Positions 1 to 14,122 of a stretch of DNA of 64,000 nt are shown here, one piece after another. The notes beneath the pieces are model-generated. The model was not told the DNA's origin. It made no database searches and saw nothing but the letters and a program-made list of their open reading frames with translations. The DNA is from Octopus vulgaris (Eukaryota). How positions within the stretch are numbered: position 1 is the stretch's first letter; each line of letters starts with the position of its first letter. The translations under genes were made by a program, and so were the position numbers. The stretch lies in contig OX597816.1 of the NCBI GenBank assembly GCA_951406725.2, forward strand, positions 162,626,001 through 162,690,000. Reading direction: 5' to 3'.

Positions 1-1145
1 CCATTGCACCTCCACTCTGTTCAAATGTTTGCTTGTTGCAAATACAATATTCCCATGAAAATCACTGCAGTGATCACCAACCGTTACCGTGTAGTATATA
101 AAATCTTAAAAGTTAATGACCAATGTATAAAGCGCAAAGGAATCATATGCAAGCACACACATACGCCCACTCACACATACATACACAGACACACACATAC
201 AAATACATACACGCACACACTTCATTAAGACGTTGACATCGCAGATAAGTATACATAATTTCCAATTCCCTCAAGTATAGGGGGAGAAAAACTTAGGAAA
301 GCGATGAAACTAAGAGCAAAAATAAAATTTTGAAAACATCCCTGCCATCGAAATAAAAAAAAATAAGGAAAGAATAAAATAAAATTAAGAAAAACGAGTG
401 AAAAGAATATTTATTATTATTTTTATTTCTATTTATTTGTTTTTTAAAAAATAGTATCATTTTCAGTTTAGAAAGAGAAAAAATTGTAAGTGGCGCAAAA
501 AAATGGAATTTAAGAAAATCAGAAAAAAATTTAACTGAAAAAAAAATATCAAATTAAAACAAAAGTGCAGATCTTGAAAAGAATAGGTTAGCAGAAAGAA
601 AACTTATGTTGTAGAATTCCAAAATAAGGAATATATTTAATAAAGACAGAGTGAAAGCGAAGATGGTATTGAGAGTTTTAAAAGTAAAGAACTACAAATA
701 TTCATGAGGTGAATTAAAAAGGAAAAAAAAAAAGAGAGAAAAAAAATATCATAAAAATTCACGGAAACATTGCAGGGTTGACGAATACGTAAATACGAAT
801 TTCGGCGCCATTTTCTTCCCTGATGTATAAATGAGTTTGTATGTATTGAGAATATGTTCTTGTGTACGAGCATGCATGCATACGTAATGTGCAAGTGTAT
901 ATATTTAAATAATAAATAAAATATAAATCAGGAAAAGCACAATAAGATATAGCCTGTAATCTTTCAAATGAATTGGTGAAAATGCAGGAAAAAAAATTGG
1001 TTTTTTAAAAAGGGGGGAATTAAAGAATTGAAATGGGAATAAAATTTTGAATACGAAATATGAACCAGAATTTCAATTCTAACCAATATCTTTATTACCT
1101 TTCAATTCGACATCTTTATCAAGGAACCAAGTTCTTATACGCACG

Positions 1146-1181
<36 letters not shown>

Positions 1182-1547
1182 CTTTATTTTAAAGGCTTGT
1201 ATTGCAAATTTCTCTTGCGTTTCTCCTTCGGGTAATATATAATAATAACCTAAAGCTATTTTACTACTCTTGTAAGAAGCTATATATCCACAACTTCTGT
1301 TGCTCTCTGTCTTTGCGCTCTTAACTCATTATACATCGTCCTGCCTTCCTCTTTTTTCTCTCCCTCTTTCTTCCTTTCTCCCGCGCTCGTCTAGAATAAT
1401 ACATACTGTATATCTCATTCTTATTAGACAGTTGGACTAGGATGTTGTATCACCTAGCGACTACAGACTTCTCTGTATCCTATTAATTATAAAAACGTAC
1501 ACTTATATGGAAACCAGGAAAAGGAATGCGTGCGACTGTGTATAATA

Positions 1548-1935
1548 ACCTAGCGGTTATGGTGTTGCACTCACGATCACAAGGTTGTAGTTTCGATTCC
1601 TAGATCGAGCGGTTCGTTATGTTCTTGAGCAAGACACTTTCTTTCACGTTTTTCCAATTCCTTAACCTATAAATAGGGGCAAGTGATGTAGTCCAATCCT
1701 AATATTCTAAGTTCGATCTGCGACTACTTCGACATCTGACGTGGGGTTCATCGTGCTCCTCTACAAGCAAGGTCGATTTGAGGGAGGGAGTGAGCTAACA
1801 CAAAGCGCGTGCACAGACAGACTGACTGACTGACTGACACACGCACACGCACTGTTGACAACTAAAGACATCGCTTGTGCAAGCTGATCACCAATAAGTT
1901 GCAGAACCCTCATCTATCGTTTACGACAGGAGACG
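1548..1935 (+). mobile_element. Degenerate tRNA-derived SINE
   Basis: A-box-like CCTAGCGGTTA, B-box-like GTTTCGATTCC, then TTCTTGAGCAAGACACTTT shared with the SINEs at 27486-27810 and 61470-61795. Confidence 0.6.
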
Positions 1936-1939
1936 CCAA

Positions 1940-2028
<89 letters not shown>

Positions 2029-2029
<1 letters not shown>

Positions 2030-2325
2030 ATTCAAATTATTACATTATAGTTAGTAAATATCTTTGCCGCATACTGAACTCATTAGAAATAGCAGCTAAA
2101 AACTTTTTTAAAACTATTTCAAATACTTAAAGAAAACCTCTCTATAGTGTTTGCTCAACTCAACTCACGAAAGTTGAGTTGAGTTGAGCAAACACTATAT
2201 GAGAGAGGTTTTCTTTAAGTATTAGAAATAGTTTTAAAAAGTTTTTTAGCTGCTATTTCTAATGAGTTCAGTATGCAAAGTAATTTATTTTACTAAGCCT
2301 TTTATATAATGTAATAATTTGAATT
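2029..2325. repeat. Large fold-back inverted repeat between (TA)n tracts, probable Penelope-like terminus or MITE
   Basis: 2069-2166 is nearly the reverse complement of 2173-2276 (GCATACTGAACTCATTAGAAATAGCAGCTAAAA / TTTTAGCTGCTATTTCTAATGAGTTCAGTATGC); outer arms AATTCAAATTATTACATTATA / TATAATGTAATAATTTGAATT. Confidence 0.85.
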
Positions 2326-2402
2326 CGCCTTAAATGGTCCCTTTGCATACTGAACACTTGGTGAAATTGATTAATAATTAATTAATTTTACCTCAATTGT
2401 TG

Positions 2403-2459
<57 letters not shown>

Positions 2460-2735
2460 AACAAACAAAAATACCCTGTTGTTGATGATGAAGGATCCTT
2501 GAATCTTAGTTAGAATCCGGGTCTTTATTGGCAAGAAATCTTGAAATTAAACTGAACAATGACACACATACATATTTATGTGTGCGCACGTATATATGTA
2601 TATGCATGCACTCGCTCTAACATTTTTTCTGAGAATTTTTTCAAGAGAATAAATAACAAGATGTCGCGGGTAGCAAGCCCACAACTCATGTGAGTTCCAA
2701 CAAAACCTAAGTTAAGAAAAAAATGATAACAATAA

Positions 2736-3730
2736 TTTCGTTTATTACCCACAGAGGCTTTGATGAGGGGTACATCACAAGGACAACAAGGCTACAACGA
2801 TTTGTGAGGGGAGTACATAGAAGATGGGGAGAAGGAAATGGAAAAGATAGTTAAATGCGATAAAAGTATACAAAGTGTACAAACTAGGGTTAATCAAGAA
2901 ACCCCACAGATCCAGGATTACCCTGACCAGTAAAGGCATGAACCTTCGCTCAACTGTTGTTATCCAGTCTACAGGTGCATGGTTAGAGTAGTCATTCAAC
3001 CCGGCCCTTTTTTGTCCTAGGAACCCATTTTTTACAGATTCACTGGGATGTAGTGCTTTCCTCCCCACCGTTAATTATCATTCCATTTATTTTATTATCT
3101 TTTACCTGTTTCAGTCATTAGACTGAGGCCATACTGGGGCATCGCCTTGAAGAATTTTTTGTCGGATGTCTTTTAAGCCAGGACTTATTCTATCGGTGTC
3201 TTTTGCTGGACAGTAGGTTACGGGGACGTAAACACACCAACACTGGTTGTCAAGCGGTGGTGAGGTACACACACACACAAAGTTGATGAGAGGTTGACCG
3301 AAGAGCAAAATGCCTTACTTCATTCCTTTCAGCCCCGTCCATCACGCAGCCACTTTTACTACGGACATCAGAGAGAGAGAAACTGCTTGCCCTGCCTTTG
3401 TTGAAGTAGATGGTGGATCGATCCCCACAATGGATTCGGCCGATAATTAGATTCGTCCCACACGCACTAACTGTTGGTCGACATAACTTCACAAGATAGC
3501 CATAATCAGACACAGCACGTATGCGTGCAGAACGGCTTAATCGTTCTGTACATTGCGGGCAGTCCCACTTAACAACGCTTTCCGTGCCTGATGAGTTTAT
3601 CGCGAACCGGCAGTGCTCCTCGGTAACAGTGCCAGGTCAGGCCAGGAATTTCTGTATGTTATCCATGGTAGTGCTAGGCCCGAATCTCATCCGAAAACAC
3701 ACCAGCTACTTCGTCCCCGTCGACGCCTAG
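2736..3730 (-). mobile_element. Decayed 3' end of Tx1/L1-like LINE (ORF2 C-terminus plus 3' UTR), interrupted by a SINE
   Basis: Reverse complement of 3283-3730 aligns by eye to about 54150-54597 (CCATGGA.AAC, CCGTTCTGCACGCA, GGTCAA.CTCTCATCAACT); 2990-3066 gives GRKALHPSE..RAGLND vs ERQVLSSEC..MARMND; ends in AGCCTCTGTGGGTAATAAACGAAA. Confidence 0.8.
3101..3266 (-). mobile_element. SINE family A, 3' half, nested in the Tx1-like remnant
   Basis: Reverse complement matches CTTGACAACC...GGTGTGTTTACGTCCCCGTAAC...CCCCAGTATGGCC.CAGTC..ATGACTGAAAC. Confidence 0.8.
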
Positions 3731-4470
3731 AATTTGTCTGAAAATGTTATCGATGATGATGATGATGATGATGATGAACATTATGTCAAAGATTACGACG
3801 ACAAAGAAGAAGAGTGAGAAGAAGAAGGAGGTGAAGTGATGATGATGATGATGATGAATGTGAAGGTGATTATGATCTCACTGATGATATTGATGATGGT
3901 TCCTTTTCTGTTTTTACCTCAAGGACATCATATGAGGGTGTGACGCCAACATAATAATAGCTACAATCAAACAAAAATGAAAATTAGCAAGCTATTTGTT
4001 AATTGATTTCTTTTTTTTTTTTTTTCGAATAGATTTTGAACGAAATACAGCGAAATAAAAGAAAATCAAAAGTAATAAAAAATAATAATAACAGGAATTG
4101 GTCGCTCTGGGTTAATCTTGGAGTCTTTTGATATGTCCTTCACACAAAGAATAAAACATGAATTGCGATAGATTTTTACATTTGCTTCTGTGACGTGGTT
4201 AGAAAATCATACCAAAAAGGTTTCGCGTCCTAAGGGTAATAATTTTTATATGTGATCTCCCCACAAGGGAAACGCTGATCAGCATTTACTGAAACTCTTC
4301 AAAGCCGCAGATTTCAGATCTGAAGTTCATCTCTTCACTGAAAATATTACAATAAATCGAAAGTAGGAAATTTTCTGCGCAACCTAAATTTTGGATCAAA
4401 CGTTTCGTATAACAACATGGCGGCTGATGAAACTATTGTGTTAGTAGCAACGGTTGTAAGAAATAGTTTA

Positions 4471-4530
<60 letters not shown>

Positions 4531-4600
4531 TATATATATATAGATGTAACAAGTACAGAGTTCCACATAGATACTTGGATACAAATATATATGTATATAT

Positions 4601-4634
<34 letters not shown>

Positions 4635-4638
4635 TACT

Positions 4639-4713
<75 letters not shown>

Positions 4714-4873
4714 GATGTGTGTATGTATGTATTATATATATATATATATGTCTCTTTGCGTTTACATTTTTGATCATCCATGAACTAGGAGAGGTTTATC
4801 TGATCAAATTTGTTCTTTCATCATCACCAAAGAAGTCGATAAGTACAACAGAGAATGTATGTATGTACGTATG

Positions 4874-5606
<733 letters not shown>

Positions 5607-5760
5607 TACAGGTTTCTTTCAGTTTCTCTCTACCAAATCCACTCACAAGGCTTTGGTCAGTCCGAGGCTATAGTAGAAGACACTTGCCCAGGGGGCCACG
5701 CAGTGGGAATGGACCGGGAGCCATGTGGTTGGTAAGCAAGCTACTTGCCTCACTCCTGCG
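5607..5760 (-). mobile_element. SINE family A, 5' half
   Basis: Reverse complement of the head seen at 9513-9677. Confidence 0.85.
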
Positions 5761-5942
5761 ACTATATATGTATATATATACATACATATGTACATATAAC
5801 TATATATTTGTGTGTATGTATACGTGTATATATATATGTGCGTATTGTGAAAAAATTATATAGTTAATGGACAATATGTCCAATTTTTCGGCATATTTGG
5901 CATTAGAAATTTTTTCCTTTGCCCTCATTTATGAATTATATA

Positions 5943-5993
<51 letters not shown>

Positions 5994-6009
5994 ACATTTG
6001 CATAATTTC

Positions 6010-6210
6010 AAATTATGGTGCAAAACCAACAATTTTGGGACAGGGTATAAGTCGATTTCACTGACTTCAGTGTTAAAGTGTTACATATTTTTCTGACCCC
6101 TCGAAAGAATGAAATGTGAAGTCGAACCCAGCAGCATTTGAACGTAAATCGGAAGAAATGCCGTCAAGCATTTTTCCCGTCGCGGTAAAGATTCTGTTGC
6201 CTCATCACCT
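6010..6210 (-). mobile_element. Degenerate SINE family B
   Basis: GAAAGAATGAAATGTGAAGTCGAACCCAGCAGCATTTGAAC resembles GAAAGGATGAAAGGCAAAGTCGACCTCGGCGGAATTTGAAC. Confidence 0.6.
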
Positions 6211-6269
6211 CATATATATATATTTTTATATATAACTAAAAAATTAAGCAACAAGAATGGATCGGTAGT

Positions 6270-6352
6270 TTAGTACAATTGTTTCATACTATAACAATTT
6301 ATTAAAGCTGCAAATATTACAGCAAATATAATGTTAAGTAATCTTCAGCTAA
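6270..6352 (-). ncRNA. Type I hammerhead ribozyme (PLE pLTR)
   Basis: Reverse complement: TTAG-CTGAAGA-long helix II-GAAA-CAATTG-TA-CTAA. Confidence 0.8.
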
Positions 6353-7080
6353 TTTCATATAGGTACAGTTCCCCTACCATTTGCTATTGATGTTAATTGA
6401 CCTCTAGATGTTGACCTAAATTCTTTCTTACCATATAAAAATAAAAGTTAAAATATAAACAAAAATAAATAAATAGCCTTCTATTCTAGTGTTAACCTTA
6501 ATTTTTTTACTGTATCTTTCTCTACCGATAACCTATGACCCCTTTAGTGTTTTCCTTTGATCTTTCTTTATTTTAACAACTACTATTAGTTCTGATGGCT
6601 TTCAGTTGAAAAGCTAAGGGTGGTCAACCTTACAGTTCTCTTAAGAATCCAAGATTTCTTCCACACTGACCTAGATTTTCTGTCACCACAGAAATAGACT
6701 GACCTTTCTTTTTAGTATCTTTGTTTCTTTTACACCCCCATATATATTTTTTTGTCCTTCTATTCTTTTCTCTAGCTAGTCAGCTTCCTTGACCTACTCT
6801 GCTTTCATTCCTACTACTATAGAAATTTGTTTGTAACAGTTAGATGCGAACTTAATCGTGGTCTGACGGGCATCTTTCTTCATGTTTCCTGAAATTTATA
6901 TCCTCATCTTTATGAGTATATTTACCTTCTCTGGGATGTCACTAATTAATTTAAGAACTTTGTATTGTTGGAAAGCATATATGGTCTGCTTGGAATCTTG
7001 CTTCAAGTTCCTGGGGTTCAAATCTATACCTTTATAAGTATATTTACACTCTCTAAGATGTTTGGAAAACCTATATGAAA

Positions 7081-7163
7081 TTAGCTGAAGATTACTTAAC
7101 ATTATATTTGCCGTAATATTTGCAGCTTTAATAAATTGTTATAGTATGAAACAATTGTACTAA
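7081..7163 (+). ncRNA. Type I hammerhead ribozyme (inverted pLTR copy)
   Basis: Stem I TTAG/CTAA, core CTGAAGA 7085-7091, GAAA 7148-7151, palindromic stem III ACAATTGT, predicted cleavage after GUA at 7159. Confidence 0.8.
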
Positions 7164-7304
7164 ACTACCGATCCATTCTTGTTGCTTATTTTTTGGTTAT
7201 AATCACCCCACATAATTTTATGGGTAATACCATAAACAAATTCTGGTGCATCTAAGTTAAATACCATATTCATTTGAATCTAAATTGTTTTACTGAAATT
7301 ATTT

Positions 7305-7326
7305 ATATATATATATATATATACAC

Positions 7327-7361
<35 letters not shown>

Positions 7362-7750
7362 TATATGTATATATATGTATATGTATATATATGTATATGT
7401 ATATATATATATGTATATATATGTATATATATATATATGTATGTATATATATGTATATATATATATATGTATATATATGTATATATATATATGTATATAT
7501 ACATATATGTATATATACATATATGTATGTATACACACACATATATATATATATACATATATGTATGTATACACACACATATATATATACATATATGTAT
7601 GTATACACATATATATATATATATATATACATATATGTACGTATACACACACATATATATATGTACATATATGTATGTATACTATATATATATACACATA
7701 TATGTATGTATACACATACATATATATATACGTATGTTTTGTATATGTAT
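7305..7750. repeat. (TA)n/(TATG)n/(TACA)n compound microsatellite
   Basis: Direct inspection. Confidence 0.95.
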
Positions 7751-7754
7751 ATCT

Positions 7755-8148
7755 CTTTCTACTGCAGGTACAGAGTACGAAACATTTGGGGAGGGGCCCG
7801 GTCGATTAAATCGATCTCAGTAGGCAACTGGTATTAATTTATCGACTTCGAAAAAGTGACAAGCAAAGTCGACCTCAGCAGAATTTGAACTCAGAAGGTA
7901 ACGACAGATGAAATACCTATTTCTTTACTACCCACAAGGGGCTAAACACAGAGTGGACAAACAAGGACAGACAAACGGATTAAGTCGTTTATATCCACCC
8001 CAGTGCCTAACTGGTACTTATTTAATCGACCCCGAAAGGATGAAAAGCAAAGTCGACTTCGGCGGAATTTGAACTCAGTACGTAACGGCAGATGAAATAC
8101 GGTTATGCATTTCGCCCGGCGTGCTAACGTTTCTGCCAGCTCGCCGCC
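7755..8148 (-). mobile_element. SINE family B dimer (head-body-tail1 / headless body-tail2)
   Basis: tRNA-like head GGCGGCGAGCTGGCAGAAACGTTAGC, B-box GAGTTCAAATTC, central GCCTTTCATCCTTTCGGGGTCGAT-like block (resembles the Meta-SINE domain as I recall it); junction near 7917. Confidence 0.9.
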
Positions 8149-8180
8149 TTTATGTATATGTATGTATATATATGTATATG

Positions 8181-8216
<36 letters not shown>

Positions 8217-9358
8217 TATACTTGTGTGTATATATACATGTGTGTGTATGTGTGTATGCGTGTGTATATAGGGAGAGGGAGGGGAAAAACAGTCGGAGAA
8301 AGACGTAGAGGGATTTGCTCATATGTATATTGTGGTAGAGGGGGAGATGTATCGTTGTCCCGCGCGTGTGTGTGTGCGCGTGGCTTGTGTTTCAATGTAC
8401 TGTGCTCTCTTCTCTGCGGTTATTGACAAAGTATTCATCAACACTATATTTATTAAACACGTGATTCATTTACTACGATTTATGTGTGGCTTGTGTGTAT
8501 TTAATACGACTAATATCTCATGTACATAGACTGCAACATAAAACAGTATAGACTCACAAAGACAACACAGTAACTACTTCAGACGTTACCCATATATAAA
8601 TAAATCACACAAAGAATTTACATGAAACAAATGCATACTTAATACACAAGAGTTGAATATATTAGCAAAAGCTCCAAAAGAGACAACGCAATTTGTTTTA
8701 CATCAAACAGTTTACTAACATAAATTCTACATGATACAAAGCCCGAATTTTGAAATCATTTTATCTACAAGAAACTGTGATTATATAATCCCACGAACAA
8801 GCCATTTGTGACCAGTACGTTTTATGAATACGATGGAAATGTGTAAGTTGTAAAGTTCACGACTATAACTATTATAACGGCCTTGAATGTAACACAGCTT
8901 CTCGCTAATTCACTCGCCGTGTATTTCCAACAAGGAACAATTGTAAAGCACCACATCACATGGCTCACTACTAGATATGCATGTATTTTTTAAACAATGT
9001 ATCTATTAATATTCTAATTAATAATCTAATTAATATCAGAATAATTGTTTTTCACAAATATTGAAGATTAATGGGAAAGAAACACTCATACATTTGCACA
9101 ATGGTAATTTACAGTTTTATACTCACTGCAGACAAAAGTAAGCATCCTACAGGTAAGTGGGTGCATGGTTGTATGGTTAAAAAGCTAGCCTTACAGTCAC
9201 TTGGTTTCTGGTTCGGTTCTACTGCGCGGCAAATGTCTTCTACTATAAACCTCGGACCGGCCAATTCCTTGTAAGGGAATTTTCTCAGCTGAGACTCTGT
9301 GGGAGCTCGTCATGTGTGTGTGTTTGTATACGCTAAATACGTATATATGTATATATGA

Positions 9359-9922
<564 letters not shown>

Positions 9923-10153
9923 TATATATATAATGTATATATATATATGTGTATGTATGCATGCATGTATGTATGTATGTATGTATGTATGTATGTATGT
10001 ATGTATGTATATGTGTGTGTGTGTGTGTGTGTGTACTTATGTATGCTCGCGAACATTGAAAATGAGTGCTCAACATCCCATTGGTGGGATAAAAACTTTT
10101 ATTTGCAGAGACACTGAAGACGAGTACCAAACTTTCATGTAGCGGGCTTGACA

Positions 10154-10289
<136 letters not shown>

Positions 10290-10344
10290 GTAGTAGTAGT
10301 AGTAGTATTAGTAGTAGTAATAGTAGTAGTAGTAGTAATAATAA

Positions 10345-10390
<46 letters not shown>

Positions 10391-10391
<1 letters not shown>

Positions 10392-10835
10392 TTGCCTTTG
10401 CAGAGCTTCTAATGCTGGAGATACACCGTAGTGTCAGCTGTTCACTACCAGTGAGTAACTTCCAGACTGTTCGAGTGGTTCCAAGCAGTGCTGTTTTCTG
10501 CAAGTGTTCCACCCTTATTGCAGCCTCTATTTGTTCCACACACTTCTCGAGATTTTTGCTCACTGTTCCCAGGGCTCCGACAATTATTGGTACTACTGCT
10601 ACTTTTTTCATCTACCACAACTGTTTAACTTCCCAAGCTAACCTGTCATATCTCTCAACTTTTCTTTCTTCCTTATCGCATACCATGTTGTCAGCTGGGT
10701 ATGCTATATCTATGATCCAGCATAGGTTGTTTTCTTTCTCAATTGAGACTATGTCCGGCTTCTTGTTCTCTATCTCATGGTCGCACTGAATCATAAAATC
10801 CCATAGGATCTTTGCATTTCTATTTTCGATAATTC
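10391..10835 (-). mobile_element. R4/Dong-like LINE 3' fragment with restriction-like (PD-D/ExK) endonuclease
   Basis: Minus strand DHEIENKKPDIVSIEK..WIIDIAYP..KEERKVERY.. then VVPIIVGALG..LQKTALLGT with one in-frame stop; flanked by (TAA)/(ACT) repeats. Confidence 0.9.
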
Positions 10836-10849
10836 CTATGCGAAAATAG

Positions 10850-10946
<97 letters not shown>

Positions 10947-10987
10947 TGTTGTTGTTGTTGTTGTTGTTCTTGTTGTTGTTGTGTTAT

Positions 10988-11368
10988 GGCGGCGAGCTGA
11001 CAGAATCGTTAGCACGCTGAAGAAAATGCTTAGCGGTATTTCGTCTGTCGCTACGCTGTGAGTTCAAATTCCGCCGAGGTCGACTTTGCATTTCATCCTT
11101 TCGGGGTCGATTAAATAAGTACCAGTTACACACTGGGGTCGATATAATCGACTTAATCCATTTGTCTGTCCTTGTTTGTCCTCTCTGTGTTTAGTTCCTT
11201 GTGGGTAGTAAAGAAATAGGTATTTTCGTCTGTCGCTACGTTGTGAGGTCGACTTTGCCTTTCATCCTTTCGGGCCCGAGATATCAAGTACCAGTTGAGT
11301 ACTGGGGTCGATGTAATTGACTAGTCCCCTCCCACCACATTTCAGGTCTTGTGCCTACAGTAAAAAGA

Positions 11369-11370
<2 letters not shown>
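10988..11370 (+). mobile_element. SINE family B dimer with (TTA)n tail
   Basis: Head at 10988, tail1 ending GTAGTAAAGAAATA then GGTATTTTCGTCTG at 11219, tail2 CCCCTCCC..TTGTGCCTACAGTAAAAAGAATTATT. Confidence 0.9.
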
Positions 11371-11403
<33 letters not shown>

Positions 11404-11419
11404 TACTATCATAACTATT

Positions 11420-11464
<45 letters not shown>

Positions 11465-12137
11465 GTCATCACCGTCATTGTTGTTGTCATTGACATCATC
11501 TTCATTATCACCCTATCATCACGTTTAATCAATTTTATCATCATCATTATCCTCTTCCTGCTCCACCACTCCTCCTCATCACCATTATCGTCAGTAGCAG
11601 CAGCAGCGAAGGTAGTAGAAGCAGTATAATTTCCCCCCCCCCCCTTCTTTTTACATTGAAAATTCCCCGCTGGGATTGTGAAAAGATGCAAAAAAAAAAT
11701 TATTTCAACAGAAGTAATGGAGGCTTTCTCACAATTATAGCTGATAATCCGTGACCAAGCCTACAATAATATTCCAATTAAGCCATGTCAATTTAGATGG
11801 GAGATTTTGGGGGCCATGTCGATTGTTTTTTTTACATTTGTTTTTGATGGGGTTTTTTTTTCTGAATCATTATCATTCTAATTGCTGTTGTTACTGCTGC
11901 TATTGTTGTTGTTGTTGTTATTGTTGTTGTTGTGGATGCTGCTGTTGTTGTTGTGACTGCAGCAGTTGTTGTTCTTGCTGTTTTTGTTGTCGTTGTTGTT
12001 ATTGTTGTTGTTGTTGTTGTGGTTCTTCTTCTTCTTCTTCTTCTTCTTCTTCTTCTTCGTCTTCTTCTTGTAATGTCTTTTATTGCAATCATTACCAGCA
12101 CCAACTTCATTATATTTAAACATTATCGTACCAATGT

Positions 12138-12219
<82 letters not shown>

Positions 12220-12220
12220 C

Positions 12221-12272
<52 letters not shown>

Positions 12273-12592
12273 TTTAGAAATCTATTTATTTAATTATATT
12301 TATTCATTTGCTTGTTTATTTATGTTACCTAAGATTGAATTCAAAATTCATTGTGTCAAGCAAGAAGTAGAAAAAAATAGGGTGGGTTGTACCATACAAC
12401 CAACGGGAGATAAAAAAAAGAAACAAAATACTGCACGATACATGGCTAGAGGAAAAATAAAATAATTCGCAAGCAGGTTGGATGGGATGGGGGAGATGAG
12501 ACATATAAAAAAAAATAAGTAAAATTCAAACAGAAAATAGCAACAATACCAACAACAACAAAATATATTGTTCAGGGCTTGGTGTTTCGAGC

Positions 12593-12608
12593 TGTTGTCA
12601 TGACAACA
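12593..12608. promoter_or_regulatory. Candidate RFX X-box (perfect palindrome TGTTGTCATGACAACA)
   Basis: 16-bp perfect palindrome close to the RFX consensus GTTNCCATGGNAAC, in a short non-repetitive island. Confidence 0.3.
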
Positions 12609-12860
12609 TGCACGCGGTTTCAATTTAATCGCGAGAGTGACATCTCTCTTATAGCGGCTAACAAGTCGTGTTTACATACGTGTGTACATAATTACATAAT
12701 ACATACATATGTGTGTATATTATATATATATGTATATACTTGAAACGTTGAGCACACATTTGTACGCCAGGTGCATATACATATATATATATAATTATAC
12801 ATATACATATGATCATTCATACAAATACCTATATGAGCCTATAATATGTGTGAGTGTGTG

Positions 12861-12927
<67 letters not shown>

Positions 12928-13589
12928 CTATGCATGTGTATATTCACGCTATACATACATAAATGTATATATTTGTATGTTTTGATGAGTGTGTGTGTAT
13001 ATACATACATATATATATATATGCGTGGGTGGGTGTATATATATATATGGATGAACGGAGGGAGGGATAGAGGAAGGAAGGGATAGAGCGAGGGACGTAA
13101 TATATGACTTTCTTAATCTAAAGCAACAAGTGAAAGGACTATTCTTTAAGGGTGTCGTAATAAAATTTTACCTTCAATTAATTTTTTTGAGCTGAAAAGC
13201 TTGCCCAAGGTTAATAAAGCCCACTGGTCTGATGAACTAACAAGCATATAATTGAATAGAAAGAACCAGTGAATGAATTAACGACTGAGTGAATGAAGGA
13301 TTAAATAAATATTCAAGTGATTAGAATGTTATGTACTTTCACTTTCGGTCACGTGGCATTCTTCCGACGTTAGGTTCGGCATTCAAAACCCACCGAGGTC
13401 CACCAAGCGTTTCATTTTTGCAAGGTCGATAAAACAACGTACTAGTAAAGTGCCGGAGAGAGTGCTTACCGAAATATTGTCCGTCCCATTGCTGGCCTCG
13501 TGCCAAAATTCGAAATCATTATTATTCTTTCGTCCGCCATTAATTTATAATCAACGAGACAACTTCGTTTCCTTTTTATCTTATGTCCG

Positions 13590-13924
13590 TCTGTCTCACT
13601 TTCTCCCTCTCTCTCTCATTCTCTCACATCTATGTCACTTTCGCTCTCTCTCTCTCATCTTATATCTCTGTCTGTTTCTCATTTTCTTTTACTATCTATG
13701 TCTCTTTCTCTCTCTCTCATCTTATCTCTCTATCTATCTGTCCGTCTATCTGTCTGTCTGTCTGTCTTTCACTCTCTCTTACTATCTATGTCACTTTCTC
13801 TCTCTCTCATCTTATCTCTCTGTCTGTCTCTCTCTCATCTGCCTCTCGCATCTGTATGTCTCTCTCTCATCTGCCTCTCTCATCTGTCTCTCTCTCATCT
13901 GTCTGTCTCTTACTAACTATGTCA

Positions 13925-13965
<41 letters not shown>

Positions 13966-13996
13966 TCTCATCTTATCTCACTGTCTGGCCATCTGT

Positions 13997-14033
<37 letters not shown>

Positions 14034-14068
14034 TATCTATGTCACTTTCTCTCTCTCTCACTCACATC

Positions 14069-14120
<52 letters not shown>
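13590..14120. repeat. (CT)n-based complex minisatellite
   Basis: Recurrent CTTACTATCTATGTCACTTTCTCTCT and CTCATCTTATCTC modules. Confidence 0.8.

Positions 14121-14122
<2 letters not shown>

Larger units (their letters stand above)
6231..7304 (-). mobile_element. Penelope-like retroelement remnant: putative GIY-YIG C-terminus, 3' pLTR and inverted pLTR copy
   Basis: About 133-bp inverted arms 6231-6364 / 7069-7201, each with a hammerhead; minus-strand FSKHLRECKYTYKGIDLN..LKQDSKQTIYAFQQYKVLK resembles the PLE GIY-YIG C-terminal FAKHL..H..LE..EI region; flanked by (TA)n. Confidence 0.75.

Noticed and set aside
4413-4465. CAACATGGCGG start with following GTAAG as a first coding exon
   Set aside because: Only 13 codons, next to a mariner-like end, with no supportable downstream exon.
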